64,000 bases of DNA from an uncultured delta proteobacterium (GTDB taxonomy: Bacteria; Desulfobacterota; Binatia; UBA9968). The notes under the pieces are model-generated. The model made no database searches. It was given only the letters and a program-made list of their open reading frames with translations, and was not told the origin of the DNA. The DNA is taken from the NCBI GenBank assembly GCA_963840855.1, contig CAWJBB010000079.1, forward strand, positions 32,001 through 96,000, in the 5' to 3' direction. This document shows, in pieces, positions 49,771 through 59,805 of the stretch (its first letter is position 1; every line of letters begins with the position of its first letter). A program made the position numbers and the translations under genes.

Positions 49771-50846
49771 AATTCGCGCATTTCTCGCACGTGTGGAACA
49801 AGCCCGGCATGACCGCGGCCGAGCGCTACGAGCAGCTGTGGCGCGAATTGGCGGCCTGCGATGAGATTGGCTTTGATTCCTGTTTTGCGGTCGAGCATCA
49901 TTTCAATCCCAACGAAAGCTGGATGCCGTCGCCGTCCGTCTATTGCGCCGCCGCCGCGGCGCGCACAAGGCGAATGCGGGTCGGCGCCATGGGTTATGTC
50001 GCGCCGCTTTACGATCCGCTGCGCATCGCCGAGGATGCCGCGGTATTGGACAACCTAATGAACGGCCGCCTGGAGCTCGGTCTCGTTGCGGGCATTGTGC
50101 CTGACTTCTTCGGCCCCTACCGCGCGGACTTCAATAACCGCAGGCTCCTCACCCACGAGGCTTTAACTTTCGTCAAGCAGGCCCTGTCGAGCGATGGAGC
50201 TTTTAGTTTCGACGGACCCGTTCATCAATACCAAAACGTGACGCTGTCCGTAAAACCATTGCAGAAACCCCATCCGCCACTGTGGATACATTCGCGCGAC
50301 GCGGAAACGTTAGCGTTCCTGGCAAAAGAAGGCGTCCACACCGGCTATCTCTTCCTCGTGCCGCGTAACGAGGTCGCGCCGCGCTACCGCGAATATCTGC
50401 GATTGTGGACACAAGCGGGCCACAAAGAAAAACCGAACATCGGTTACTGGGTGCTGGTCTATGTGGACGAGACCGACGACAAAGCAATGGCGAAGGCCAA
50501 GCAGTATTTCGCTTACTGCTTCACCAAGGTCTTCGGCACTCGCGCCGAGGGTGGCATCGGCTATCAGCGGCTCGCGGAAAATTTCATGAGGCGGAACGAT
50601 CCCGGCGGCGCCGAGATCGCGCGACACGCGCCGGACGTGGAGTATTTAGTCGAGCGCAACCTGGCCTTCGTTGGATCACCCAAGACAGTCGTGCAACAGA
50701 TCAAAGCCGCCGCTACCGAAGGCTTGTTCAACACCGTCCTCGGCGAATTCAACATCGGCGATATCGCCGAGGAAGACCTCATGCGCTCGATCAAACTGTT
50801 CGGCACCGAAGTGATACCGGCGCTGCGCGGCTTCGAGCCGTACTAA
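49767..50846 (+). CDS. LLM class flavin-dependent oxidoreductase (luciferase-like)
   Basis: VEHHF, PLRIAED..VLD..GRLELG and KPLQKPHPP motifs. Confidence 0.93.
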   Translation: MKFAHFSHVWNKPGMTAAERYEQLWRELAACDEIGFDSCFAVEHHFNPNESWMPSPSVYCAAAAARTRRMRVGAMGYVAPLYDPLRIAEDAAVLDNLMNGRLELGLVAGIVPDFFGPYRADFNNRRLLTHEALTFVKQALSSDGAFSFDGPVHQYQNVTLSVKPLQKPHPPLWIHSRDAETLAFLAKEGVHTGYLFLVPRNEVAPRYREYLRLWTQAGHKEKPNIGYWVLVYVDETDDKAMAKAKQYFAYCFTKVFGTRAEGGIGYQRLAENFMRRNDPGGAEIARHAPDVEYLVERNLAFVGSPKTVVQQIKAAATEGLFNTVLGEFNIGDIAEEDLMRSIKLFGTEVIPALRGFEPY

Positions 50847-50867
50847 AAACGTTCAAAAAGCGGCAAA

Positions 50868-51833
50868 TCAATTCTTAATGCCGCTCCAGGCTTTTTCGGC
50901 AAAACTAAAATCAAAGACTTGATTCGGCGCAGTCTCTTTGGCGACTCCCAAGCTTTTCTTGGTAAACTCGATGGCGCCGCGCATCCAGGCCTCATCGAGG
51001 TAGCTGGTTCCGCCAAGGCGGCTCAGGTGTAGATCATAGACCTCCGCGGCCAATGATCGGTCTTTGATGCCAAGATGCTTCGACATGATCTCGATGGACT
51101 CGGCGCGATTCTGCCTATAGAAATGGAGCCCCCTCAGGCCGGCTCTGACAAAGGAGAAAACTTCGGACGGATGGGTTCTGATCTTTTCTTCCGTCACGCC
51201 GACGCCGCCGGACGGATAAGTGGTCAAGTAATCCCCTGAATAGGCGAGGTTATTGAATCCTTCGCGATAGAGCATCAGCTGTCGCGGTGGAGTGAGAAGG
51301 CATGCGGCGATGCGCCCGGTTCTGAGCGCCAGCGCCATTTCCTCGGGAGTGCCGATAACTAGAAGGGTCGTGTCTTTGTTGGGCGTCAGACCATTCTGCG
51401 TAAGGATCATCTGAGTCAAGAGATCGACGGCGCCGCCGCGTGACGAGATTCCAATGAGCTTGCCCTTGAGCTGCGGGATCGCTTTTATTTCAGGCTGGGC
51501 TACCAGCTCGAATTGCGGTTTTGCATTGACGACAAGGACAAGCCTTACGGGCGCGCCGCGAACGGCGGCGGCGATGAGCGCGCCGGCGGCCGATGAGTAA
51601 TCCACCGAGCCGCCAAGCAGCGCCTGCATCCCCACCGCCCCTCGTATGAGAATCGTTTCGAGATCGAGTCCCTCGTCGCGATAGAAGCCTTTGAGCTGAG
51701 CTATCCTGAATTGCAGCTCGGTTACGGCAATGGACGTCGTCGAAAACCGTATCTTCTTGAGCTGCGCGAGAGCGGGCGAAGCCGCGAAAAACAAAACCCA
51801 CAGCGCCAATACGCCGATGAATATTTTCTTCAT
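50868..51833 (-). CDS. SsuA/NitT-like substrate-binding protein
   Basis: Signal peptide; KGFYRDEGLD and LKGKLIGIS motifs. Confidence 0.9.
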   Translation of the reverse strand: MKKIFIGVLALWVLFFAASPALAQLKKIRFSTTSIAVTELQFRIAQLKGFYRDEGLDLETILIRGAVGMQALLGGSVDYSSAAGALIAAAVRGAPVRLVLVVNAKPQFELVAQPEIKAIPQLKGKLIGISSRGGAVDLLTQMILTQNGLTPNKDTTLLVIGTPEEMALALRTGRIAACLLTPPRQLMLYREGFNNLAYSGDYLTTYPSGGVGVTEEKIRTHPSEVFSFVRAGLRGLHFYRQNRAESIEIMSKHLGIKDRSLAAEVYDLHLSRLGGTSYLDEAWMRGAIEFTKKSLGVAKETAPNQVFDFSFAEKAWSGIKN

Positions 51834-51926
51834 AGTGTGGCTCAGCTTTCTTCCGCTCGTCCTCAGGCCAAAATTGTCGGGCCGACTGCGCGGAGCCTAA
51901 CAAGGCACCCATGCAGCGTCAATCTT

Positions 51927-51970
51927 CCAAACGTCTTGAACGGCTTGAACGTTTTGAACGATTTGAACGG
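51927..51970 (+). repeat. 9-bp period TTGAACG tandem repeat
   Basis: CTTGAACGG CTTGAACGT TTTGAACGA TTTGAACGG. Confidence 0.8.
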
Positions 51971-52054
51971 CCCTGTTAGGGGGTTTCGCTTGACAACGCT
52001 AACGGCGTTAACCTAGAACTGAGGCCAATCCCCGAATACGAAAGGAGCGCCCCT

Positions 52055-52867
52055 ATGTTTGCTAGAATCAGGCATGTCGCCACCCACACCGAACACTACG
52101 AAAAAGAGTTCAAGTTCTACCAGACCATATTCGGCATGAAACAGATCACCACCGGATTGGTTGACGAGACGGGTCAGTCCAATCCGAACCGGGGCCATAT
52201 CAGCGACGGCGTCATCGGCATGGCGCTTTTGACGAAACGGCCGGGAGCCCAGCAAGGTCTCGACCACTTTGGCTTCGAAGTGGAAGACTCCAAGGAGGTG
52301 CTCGACAGACTAAAACAGAAATACCCCGGACTATTATTCACGCAGGCGCTCAGCTACGTCCCCTTCGCGGGTATCAGAGCGCAGGACCCCGCCGGGACTC
52401 AATTCGACCTGTCACAGAAGGGGATGGCCAACGTCAGAGAGGGCTATTTGAAGGATGGGTGGGATCAACCGCGTTGGCTCAACCACATTGCGCTGCGCGC
52501 GCGCGAGCCCGACGAAGTGGCGGAATTTTACACAACGGTCCTGGAGCTCGAAGAGCTGCCGGAACACGCAACCGACGGCGCGATCACACTGACCGACGGC
52601 AAAGTGCGTCTGATAATCCGCCGCTGCCATGACGGCTACTATCGAAGCTTAAGACAGGGCTTCGACCACATCGGTTTTAAGGTGGAGAGTCTGGAAAAAA
52701 CCAAGAAAGACCTGGAAGACATCGCCACGACCTTTCCGGAATCCGCGCCGCGTAAGATCGCGACGGGACGCAGCGGGGGCGATCTAGAAAAAGATCTGCA
52801 AGCTTGCCCAATAGGAAAGCATGTATTTTCGGATCCCGACGGAGTGCTGTTGGATATTTCGGAATAG
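52055..52867 (+). CDS. Two-domain VOC (glyoxalase/dioxygenase) family protein
   Basis: IRHVA, GLDHFGFEV, DPAG, LNHIAL, FDHIGF and DPDG motifs. Confidence 0.9.
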   Translation: MFARIRHVATHTEHYEKEFKFYQTIFGMKQITTGLVDETGQSNPNRGHISDGVIGMALLTKRPGAQQGLDHFGFEVEDSKEVLDRLKQKYPGLLFTQALSYVPFAGIRAQDPAGTQFDLSQKGMANVREGYLKDGWDQPRWLNHIALRAREPDEVAEFYTTVLELEELPEHATDGAITLTDGKVRLIIRRCHDGYYRSLRQGFDHIGFKVESLEKTKKDLEDIATTFPESAPRKIATGRSGGDLEKDLQACPIGKHVFSDPDGVLLDISE

Positions 52868-52947
52868 CTGGCAGTTAGCCCTCGGTGTGACTACGCTTGC
52901 TGCTAGTGTCCTGAACGATAGGGAGCCCCAGTCCGGCGCCGGCACGG

Positions 52948-53934
52948 TCACTTACCTTCTCTCAGATCGCTGACCGCTTTTCGGGCGAAGCTGAAATCGG
53001 CAATCTCTGAGCTTGCGACCTGCCGAGAAGTTTTTAGCGTTTCTTGCGCATTGGCGATAAACTCCTGGATTGCCTCATCGGATACAAGGCCGTTATCGGA
53101 AAACAACTTGACCGCTTCCTCATGGATCAATCCGGCCACCACCGGGTCATGGACGCCGGACTCCTTTGCCAGGAGTTTCATGAACTCGCCTTTGTTCTCC
53201 TTTAAAAAACGGTTGGCGATGAGCGCCGCCTTTATGCTCCGCAGCATCAAGTCCGGATCGCCGCGGATTTTTTGCACCGTGGTAACGAGCCCGCCCTGAG
53301 GCGTTTTTATTATTTCTCGCAAGTGAACGAGTTCCCTAAAGCCCATCTTGACCGCCATCTTGTTGTAGGGCATCGACATTACCGTGCCATCAATTTGTCC
53401 GGCTTGAAGGGCGCTCAGCCGCAGGGGATGATTGCCGAATAAAGCTCGCAGTTTCACATCCACCTCGGGCGCCAGGCCATACTTCTTAAGCACCAGCCGC
53501 GTGCCTACGTCGGTGAACTCCCCCACTCCAGAGGTTGCCAATGTTTTTCCTTTAAGATCTTCCATGCGGCGGATTTCGGGCCGCACGACGAGGGAAAAAT
53601 CCGGGCCGACAGTCAGCGACATAACGATACGGAGAGGGAGTCCACTCACACTGGCACGGGCCGCGGACGCCAGGACGGTTGAATAATCCAGATCTCCCGC
53701 CATCAACGTTTGCAGCGAGACGCTCGGCCGCATGACGATCAGTTCCGCATCCAATCCCTGGGCATGAAAGAAGCCGTAGCGCTGAGCGGCCATCAAACCG
53801 AGATTGGGAACGCCGCGATTGGGCATGCCTATGCGAATTTTCTTGAGCGATGTAATCTCCTGTCCCCATGTGGGATGAGAAAACCCAGCCAGCAAAACGA
53901 TCAGGGCGCTCACAACCAAATTGTTTTGGCTCAT
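52948..53934 (-). CDS. SsuA/NitT-like substrate-binding protein
   Basis: Signal peptide; GFFHAQGLD and EDLKGKTLA motifs. Confidence 0.9.
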   Translation of the reverse strand: MSQNNLVVSALIVLLAGFSHPTWGQEITSLKKIRIGMPNRGVPNLGLMAAQRYGFFHAQGLDAELIVMRPSVSLQTLMAGDLDYSTVLASAARASVSGLPLRIVMSLTVGPDFSLVVRPEIRRMEDLKGKTLATSGVGEFTDVGTRLVLKKYGLAPEVDVKLRALFGNHPLRLSALQAGQIDGTVMSMPYNKMAVKMGFRELVHLREIIKTPQGGLVTTVQKIRGDPDLMLRSIKAALIANRFLKENKGEFMKLLAKESGVHDPVVAGLIHEEAVKLFSDNGLVSDEAIQEFIANAQETLKTSRQVASSEIADFSFARKAVSDLREGK

Positions 53935-54040
53935 GATTTTGCCTATTAGCGCAAGCGGCAAGACTTTTCCACAGTGGTGTCTTACATTGACTAGCCAAAT
54001 GCCTGGTGCTAACCTCCCGCGCATTGGAAGGGGTGCGAAT

Positions 54041-54826
54041 ATGCAATCACAAATTCGTTATCTTGCCCTCGTCAGTGAACAGCCGGACGCCCTGGCGCGT
54101 TTCTACTCAAAGTACTTTTCCATGCAGCAGCTCGGCCGTTCCTATACCGGGGATATCGCTCTCACCGACGGCTTTTACAACATCTCCATACTCAAACCGC
54201 GAGACGGCGCGAGGGAATTGGGCATTAGCCACTTCGGGATCACCATCGACAGTATTGACGAGATCATTGCCCGGCTCAAAAGATTCGCTCCCGGAACAGA
54301 GATTCGCCCGGAAGAGGGCGGTCTGTGGCACGGCGACTATCGCGTAACCGATCCGTTCGGCCAAATCGTCAGCCTTTCTACTCATGAATTTCACACGCCC
54401 CGCGCCGAGCGCGCGTTTCCGTGCATCCGCCACATCGCCATGTGCGTTCCGAACAACGACGAGGTGCTCGATTTTTATGTCAACGTCTTTGGCTTTCGGG
54501 AATCGTCCACCAGCAAAAGAATACGAGCGGAAAACCGGGTGGTGCGCTGGGCCGCGGACGGCGAGACGGCGATGGCTATCCTGCCGGATCGCCACCACCG
54601 AGATATGAATGAACGGGAGAGCCCGCGGGACGGCCTCAACCACTTCGGTTGGCTTGTCACCGGCATGGAGCGCTTTTTGGACTCTCTGCCCGAAGGCTGC
54701 ATCAGCAAGCGGCCAAGCAGCCGGCCCATGGCGGAATACCGAGGCTTCGATCCAGACAGAAACCCCTTCGACATCTCACAGGACAAGGGTTACGAGATCG
54801 ACGTGGACCGCTGGGTACACGGCTAG
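54041..54826 (+). CDS. Two-domain VOC family protein
   Basis: GISHFG, DPFG, IRHIA, GLNHFG and DPDRNPFDIS motifs. Confidence 0.9.
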   Translation: MQSQIRYLALVSEQPDALARFYSKYFSMQQLGRSYTGDIALTDGFYNISILKPRDGARELGISHFGITIDSIDEIIARLKRFAPGTEIRPEEGGLWHGDYRVTDPFGQIVSLSTHEFHTPRAERAFPCIRHIAMCVPNNDEVLDFYVNVFGFRESSTSKRIRAENRVVRWAADGETAMAILPDRHHRDMNERESPRDGLNHFGWLVTGMERFLDSLPEGCISKRPSSRPMAEYRGFDPDRNPFDISQDKGYEIDVDRWVHG

Positions 54827-55018
54827 TTGCATTCTGCGGCGGAATTTTCTCGTCCTATCTGTTATCAACTGGCAGGGTGCTGAAAACCCGCCGTGCAACT
54901 TCGGTGACCACCCTAGAGTCAGTTCCACGTCTTATTACCGCCCGAATCAACTCTTCACAGGTTGAACGGCAAGCGCATTATCGAGTAGTGTTTGTTATTG
55001 AGAAAAGGGAGGTGACCT

Positions 55019-55855
55019 ATGCCTTTAGCAAAAGTCCGCGGTGTCAACATCAACTACAAAATCATCGGCAACAACGGGCCCTGGGTGGCGCTTTCTCCCG
55101 GCGGCCGGCGCGATATCAGCGGCATCGAGCTGCTCGCCCGCAAAGTTAGCGAGACGGGCTACCGCGTGGTGGTCTTCGATCGGCGCAACTGCGGCGCGTC
55201 CGACGTCGTCATCGATGGCGAGGACTCGGAATATGAGATCTGGGCTGACGATGTTCACGAGTTGCTCCGTCAACTCGGCGCTCTTCCCGCTTTCATCGGC
55301 GGCAGTTCCTCCGGCTGCCGAACCGCCCTGCTGTTCGCGTTGCGCCATCCCGACGCAGTCCGCGCCCTGCTTCTTTGGCGCGTCACCGGCGGCCGCTTTG
55401 CGTGCGAGCGGCTGGCGCAAGAGTACTACGGCCAGTTCATCGAAGCGGCCAGGCAGGGCGGCATGGCCGCGGTTTGCGAGATGGAGCACTGGAAAGAACG
55501 AATCGCCGCTCGCCCTGAGAACCGCGAGGCATTGATGAAAATGGAACCGGCGCGATTCATCGAGGTCATGTCGCGCTGGCGTGAATATTTTCTGCGGGGC
55601 GCGGACCTTCCGGTCATCGGCGCGACCGAGGCCGAGTTAAAGTCGATCAGGGTTCCAGCCTGCATCATTCCGGGCAACGACCTGACCCACGGCCGTCAAA
55701 CCGGCGAGAACCTCGGCCGGCTCCTGCAAAAAAGCGAGGTGCATGTCTTGTTCCCCAAGCACTACGACGAAGCCCTTGGCCCAAGAGAAGAATGGGACGA
55801 AAAAGCGGGGGAAATGGCGGCACTCTTCGCCGATTTCATGAAACGAGCCAGTTAG
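55019..55855 (+). CDS. Alpha/beta hydrolase
   Basis: FDRRNCGAS; nucleophile elbow GGSSSG; GND..H. Confidence 0.9.
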   Translation: MPLAKVRGVNINYKIIGNNGPWVALSPGGRRDISGIELLARKVSETGYRVVVFDRRNCGASDVVIDGEDSEYEIWADDVHELLRQLGALPAFIGGSSSGCRTALLFALRHPDAVRALLLWRVTGGRFACERLAQEYYGQFIEAARQGGMAAVCEMEHWKERIAARPENREALMKMEPARFIEVMSRWREYFLRGADLPVIGATEAELKSIRVPACIIPGNDLTHGRQTGENLGRLLQKSEVHVLFPKHYDEALGPREEWDEKAGEMAALFADFMKRAS

Positions 55856-55923
55856 AGAGTAGAAATTGTTGGGTGATCAAATTTTTAGAACAAGAGCAAT
55901 CGGATATGAATCATTATCCGTCA

Positions 55924-55952
55924 TTGACATAACGGTTCGGGCTTGTTAGACG
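55924..55952 (+). promoter_or_regulatory. Sigma70-type promoter, probably giving a leaderless transcript
   Basis: TTGACA-17 bp-TAGACG with extended TGn; ATG lies 7 nt after the -10 hexamer; no SD. Confidence 0.6.
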
Positions 55953-55958
55953 CAAATC

Positions 55959-56282
55959 ATGAGACGGGTTACCATCAGCCTCGCTTTATTGATTTTCTTT
56001 TCATTTTCGTCTCTTGCCAGCGTGGAGCAGCTTGCACCTAGTCTTGAGGGCGAGTCTCAAGCGTCTCTCTGGACTGATGAGAAAGACCTTTCCTCAGAGA
56101 CCAATCGTGGCCGGCGCGTCCTGAAGCGTTCCCAAAGAGCCAAATCTTCACTCAAGAGCTTGCCCGCCGTGGACAAACCGGCGCATGCGCTTTCTCTTAT
56201 CGTCCGGATGGGAGAAGCATCGTTCGTTCCTCATTCTTCCAAGTCGAGAGTTTATCAGCAGATAAACGTCTACAGAATTTAG
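55959..56282 (+). CDS. Small exported protein / candidate regulatory leader peptide
   Basis: Sec-type signal (MRRVTISLALLIFFSFSSLA), low-complexity polar middle, C-terminal VYQQINVYRI-stop. Confidence 0.6.
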   Translation: MRRVTISLALLIFFSFSSLASVEQLAPSLEGESQASLWTDEKDLSSETNRGRRVLKRSQRAKSSLKSLPAVDKPAHALSLIVRMGEASFVPHSSKSRVYQQINVYRI

Positions 56283-56292
56283 CCCTTTCATC

Positions 56293-56441
56293 AAGAATTC
56301 GGCCGTTTGGGGTTACACGCGTCCTGGCTCAGCCTGGACGATGGGCTCCCAAGAGGCCGGGTAACTCGCCCGTTCTTTTACCGGATCCGTTCTTGGCTGC
56401 GTGCGGAAGTTCCGCGTAACGTCGGAACTCAACCTACGCAA
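56293..56441 (+). promoter_or_regulatory. Structured intercistronic RNA with alternative hairpins (attenuator-like)
   Basis: Long stem CGGCC/GGCCG, TTGGGG/CTCCCAA, CGTCC/GGACG; competing CGGGT-AACTC-GCCCG + TTCTTTT; second hairpin AGTTCCG/CGGAACT. Confidence 0.5.
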
Positions 56442-56462
56442 ATTTAATGACAGGATCGAGCT

Positions 56463-56828
56463 ATGGAGACCATGGCGCCATTCAAGTTATGGATCTGCTT
56501 GGCCGCTATTGGCTGTGTGCTTGGCACCGTGAGCACTTTATCCATCCAAGCGCGCCCTTCAGCAAGCAATGCGATCATAGCGATCCGCGTCGCCCACCTG
56601 GAGCTGTTTTGGGCGAAAATCGCCTTTCGTGATCCCGCTGTCCATGAAGCCGAGTTTCATCTAGACGAGGCCTGGTCGACACTGAGAGATCGGCAATATG
56701 AGCAGTCCGTTTTCGCTGCATACGAAGCACTTCAAAGGGTCAGGGATATAAAGGGCGGAGTTCCCTCGCTCTACAGCAGTCACTGGGAGAGAAAGCAGAG
56801 CGAGCCTGGAAACCCGCCGGAATCGTAA
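56463..56828 (+). CDS. Hypothetical membrane-anchored/exported helical protein
   Basis: N-terminal hydrophobic helix; AGGA upstream; co-oriented with the ATPase. Confidence 0.55.
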   Translation: METMAPFKLWICLAAIGCVLGTVSTLSIQARPSASNAIIAIRVAHLELFWAKIAFRDPAVHEAEFHLDEAWSTLRDRQYEQSVFAAYEALQRVRDIKGGVPSLYSSHWERKQSEPGNPPES

Positions 56829-56895
56829 TACGGGTGTTCAAGTGGAATGAAAGCACAAATTGTGAGGCCTTTAAAAATCTAAATACGGGGGATCT

Positions 56896-59614
56896 ATGGC
56901 AGACATACAATGGCACTCGACGCAGGTTGATTCGATCCTCGGGCAACTGGGTACGGATCCTCAGCAAGGCTTAACCGTAGAGGAGGCTCGACGGCGCCTC
57001 CAGGTATACGGTTACAACGAACTGAAAAAGGAAGCGAAGACTTCTCCTTTCCTCCTTTTCATCAATCAGTTCAAGAACACTCTAATTATTATTTTGGCGG
57101 TTGCCACGATCCTATCAGCGATCATCGGGGACCTGCTCGACGCCGGCATTATCCTGGCGATCATCGTCTTCTGCGCTCTGTTGGGATTTGTCCAGGAGTA
57201 TCGCGCTGAGCGCGCGCTGGATGCCTTGAAGAAAATGCTGACTCCAACGATTACGGCGCTGAGAGGAGGGCGGGAAGAGGAAATTCCGTCAAAGGAACTG
57301 GTCCCTGGCGATATCATCGTCCTCGAGGCCGGAGATAAGATACCCGCCGACGGGCGCTTGATCGAAGTTCACTCACTGCAGTGCGACGAGGCTCCGCTGA
57401 CCGGGGAGTCCTTTCCCGTGGAGAAAGAGCTCAAAGTTTTGCCCGAAGCGGTACCGGTAGGCGATAGAAAAAATATGGTGTTCACGGGTACTGCCGTCAG
57501 CTACGGCAGAGGTAAGGCGGTGGTGACGGATACCGGATTCAAAACCGAGTTCGGCAAGATCGCCACCGAATTGGCGACCGTTTCGCAGGAGAAAACGCCT
57601 CTGGAAAAACGCACGGAAGAGATCGGCAAATGGCTTGGAATCATTGCCGTGAGCGCGTGTGCTTTGGTCGTCATAACCAGCATCGTCCGAGAAGCCATCG
57701 GCGGAACCTTGGATCTGCAATTCATTTTAATGATGCTGCTGTTCGCAATTGCTCTTGCAGTAGCCGCAGTTCCCGAAGCGCTCGCCGCCATCGTGACGGG
57801 CGCCTTGGCCATAGGCATGCACGAAATGGCAAAGCGCAATGCGCTCGTAAGAAAAATGCCGGCGGTGGAAACTCTGGGTTGCACGACGGTTATCTGTTCC
57901 GATAAGACCGGAACCTTAACCAAGGGAGAGATGACCGTGCGCCGGGTATTTGGGGGAGGCAAGTCCGTAGAGGTGAGCGGCGTCGGTTACGCGCCCGAAG
58001 GCGGCTTAACTCCCGCTTCTAACAATCCATCTCTGAACCTGCTTTTTAGAGGCGGAATCCTGTGCAACGACTCCACACTTTTGGAAGAGGGAGGCAAGTG
58101 GTCCATCAAAGGCGATCCCACCGAGGGCGCCCTCCTGGTCCTTGGAGCCAAGGCGGGGCTGGGAAGGAACGAAACCAGAGAACAATCACCCAGGATCGAG
58201 GAATTTCCGTTCAGCTCGGACAGAAAAAGAATGACCACGATCCACAGGATCGAGGACGGCAAGCGCAGGGCCTTTGTGAAGGGAGCCCCGGAAGTGATCC
58301 TCGATCGATGTTCCTCTCTCTTAAACGGAGATGAGATAACGGCGTTGGACGACGGCGAACGTAAAAAGATCCTTTCAGCAAACGAGGAAATGGCTAGCGA
58401 CGCCTTGAGGGTTCTCGCCATAGCCTACAGAGACCTTCCCGAGGCGGATGAGTATAACGAGGAGCTCGCTGAAAAAGACCTCGTGTTTCTAGGCCTGATC
58501 GGCATGATGGATCCGCCCAGAGAGGAGGCCGTCGAGGCGGTGCGGGTTTGTCGCCAGGTGGCAATCAAGCCCATCATGATCACCGGTGACCACAAACTCA
58601 CCGCCGTCGCCGTAGCCAAGGAACTTGGAATTCACCGCGAAGGCGACCTCGTATTTACCGGAGAAGACCTGAGTAACATCGACGATAAGGAATTCGAGCG
58701 CGTTGTCGATAAAATTACCGTCTACGCCAGGGTCTCACCGCTCGATAAGCTCAAGATCGTCAAGGCGTGGAAGAACCGGGGCGAAGTCGTTGCCATGACA
58801 GGCGACGGTGTCAACGATGCCCCAGCCTTGAAACACGCCGACATCGGCATAGCGATGGGCATCACCGGCACCGAGGTGGCTAAAGAGGCAGCGGATATCG
58901 TTTTGAGCGATGATAATTTTGCCACCATCGTCCGTGCCATCGAGCGCGGCAGATGGATCTATGACAACATCAAAAAATATCTGACCTATCTCCTCAGAGC
59001 GAATATTACCGAAGTCGTGGTTTTGGGCGGCGTTGTCATGGTCATGGGCCCCGCGTACTTGCCGCTGCTTCCGGCGGCGATCCTGTATATCAACCTGGCC
59101 ACAGACGGGCTTCCAGCGCTCGCGCTGGGTGTCGCGCCTGCGGATCCGGATATCATGCAGAGACCTCCGCGCGATCCTCGCGAGAGCGTGTTTTCAAAGG
59201 ATATAAGAACGCTGATCCTGATGGCGGTCATAATCGAGTGCCCTATATTCCTGTGGATGTTCTTTCGATCCCAACCGGATATGGAACTTGCGAGGACTCA
59301 AATATTTTTCATGTTCGTTTTCATTGAGCTCATCATCGCCATTAACTTTCGCTCTTTGAGATACAGCCTTGTACAAGCGCCGCCGCACAAATGGCTGCTT
59401 GATCGCCATCGCCTGGGAACTGGCTCTGATAGTGGTGTTGATCCAATTTCCGGCGATGCGGAATGCCTTCGGGATCACCATGCCGTCGGCCTCCGACCTT
59501 GGGATGATCTTCGCCCTGGGCGTCGGTATCGTCATTGTGATCGAGGTGGCGAAGGCCGGTTTCAGAACGACGGCGCGCGGGCGCACTATGACGGCTTACG
59601 CGGAACGGGGGTAG
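56896..59614 (+). CDS. P2A-type cation (Ca2+-like) transporting P-type ATPase, +1 frameshift near 59400
   Basis: TGES, PEAL, CSDKTGT, KGAPE, TGDGVNDAP and INLATDGLPALAL motifs; last TM helices continue in ORF 59369..59614. Confidence 0.93.
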
Positions 59615-59805
59615 GCAAACATCCCGTTCGTCGTAACGGCTGCGAAAATCACGCGCCTGGCCGCGTGATTTTCGCGGTTCGTGTGTGAAAAACGAGCACG
59701 AGACACGAACGATCTCGCCATCTCCGCTGGCGTATCCCTCGCTTTTACGCTATTGCTCCGATCAAGCAAGAAGGATTCTTGAGAACGATGGTTCAAGGAG
59801 GGGCG

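Noticed and set aside
59400-59688. Novel hydrophilic C-terminus of the P-type ATPase, or a programmed frameshift
   Set aside because: A single extra T explains it; the expected TM helices continue in the other frame; no slippery heptamer
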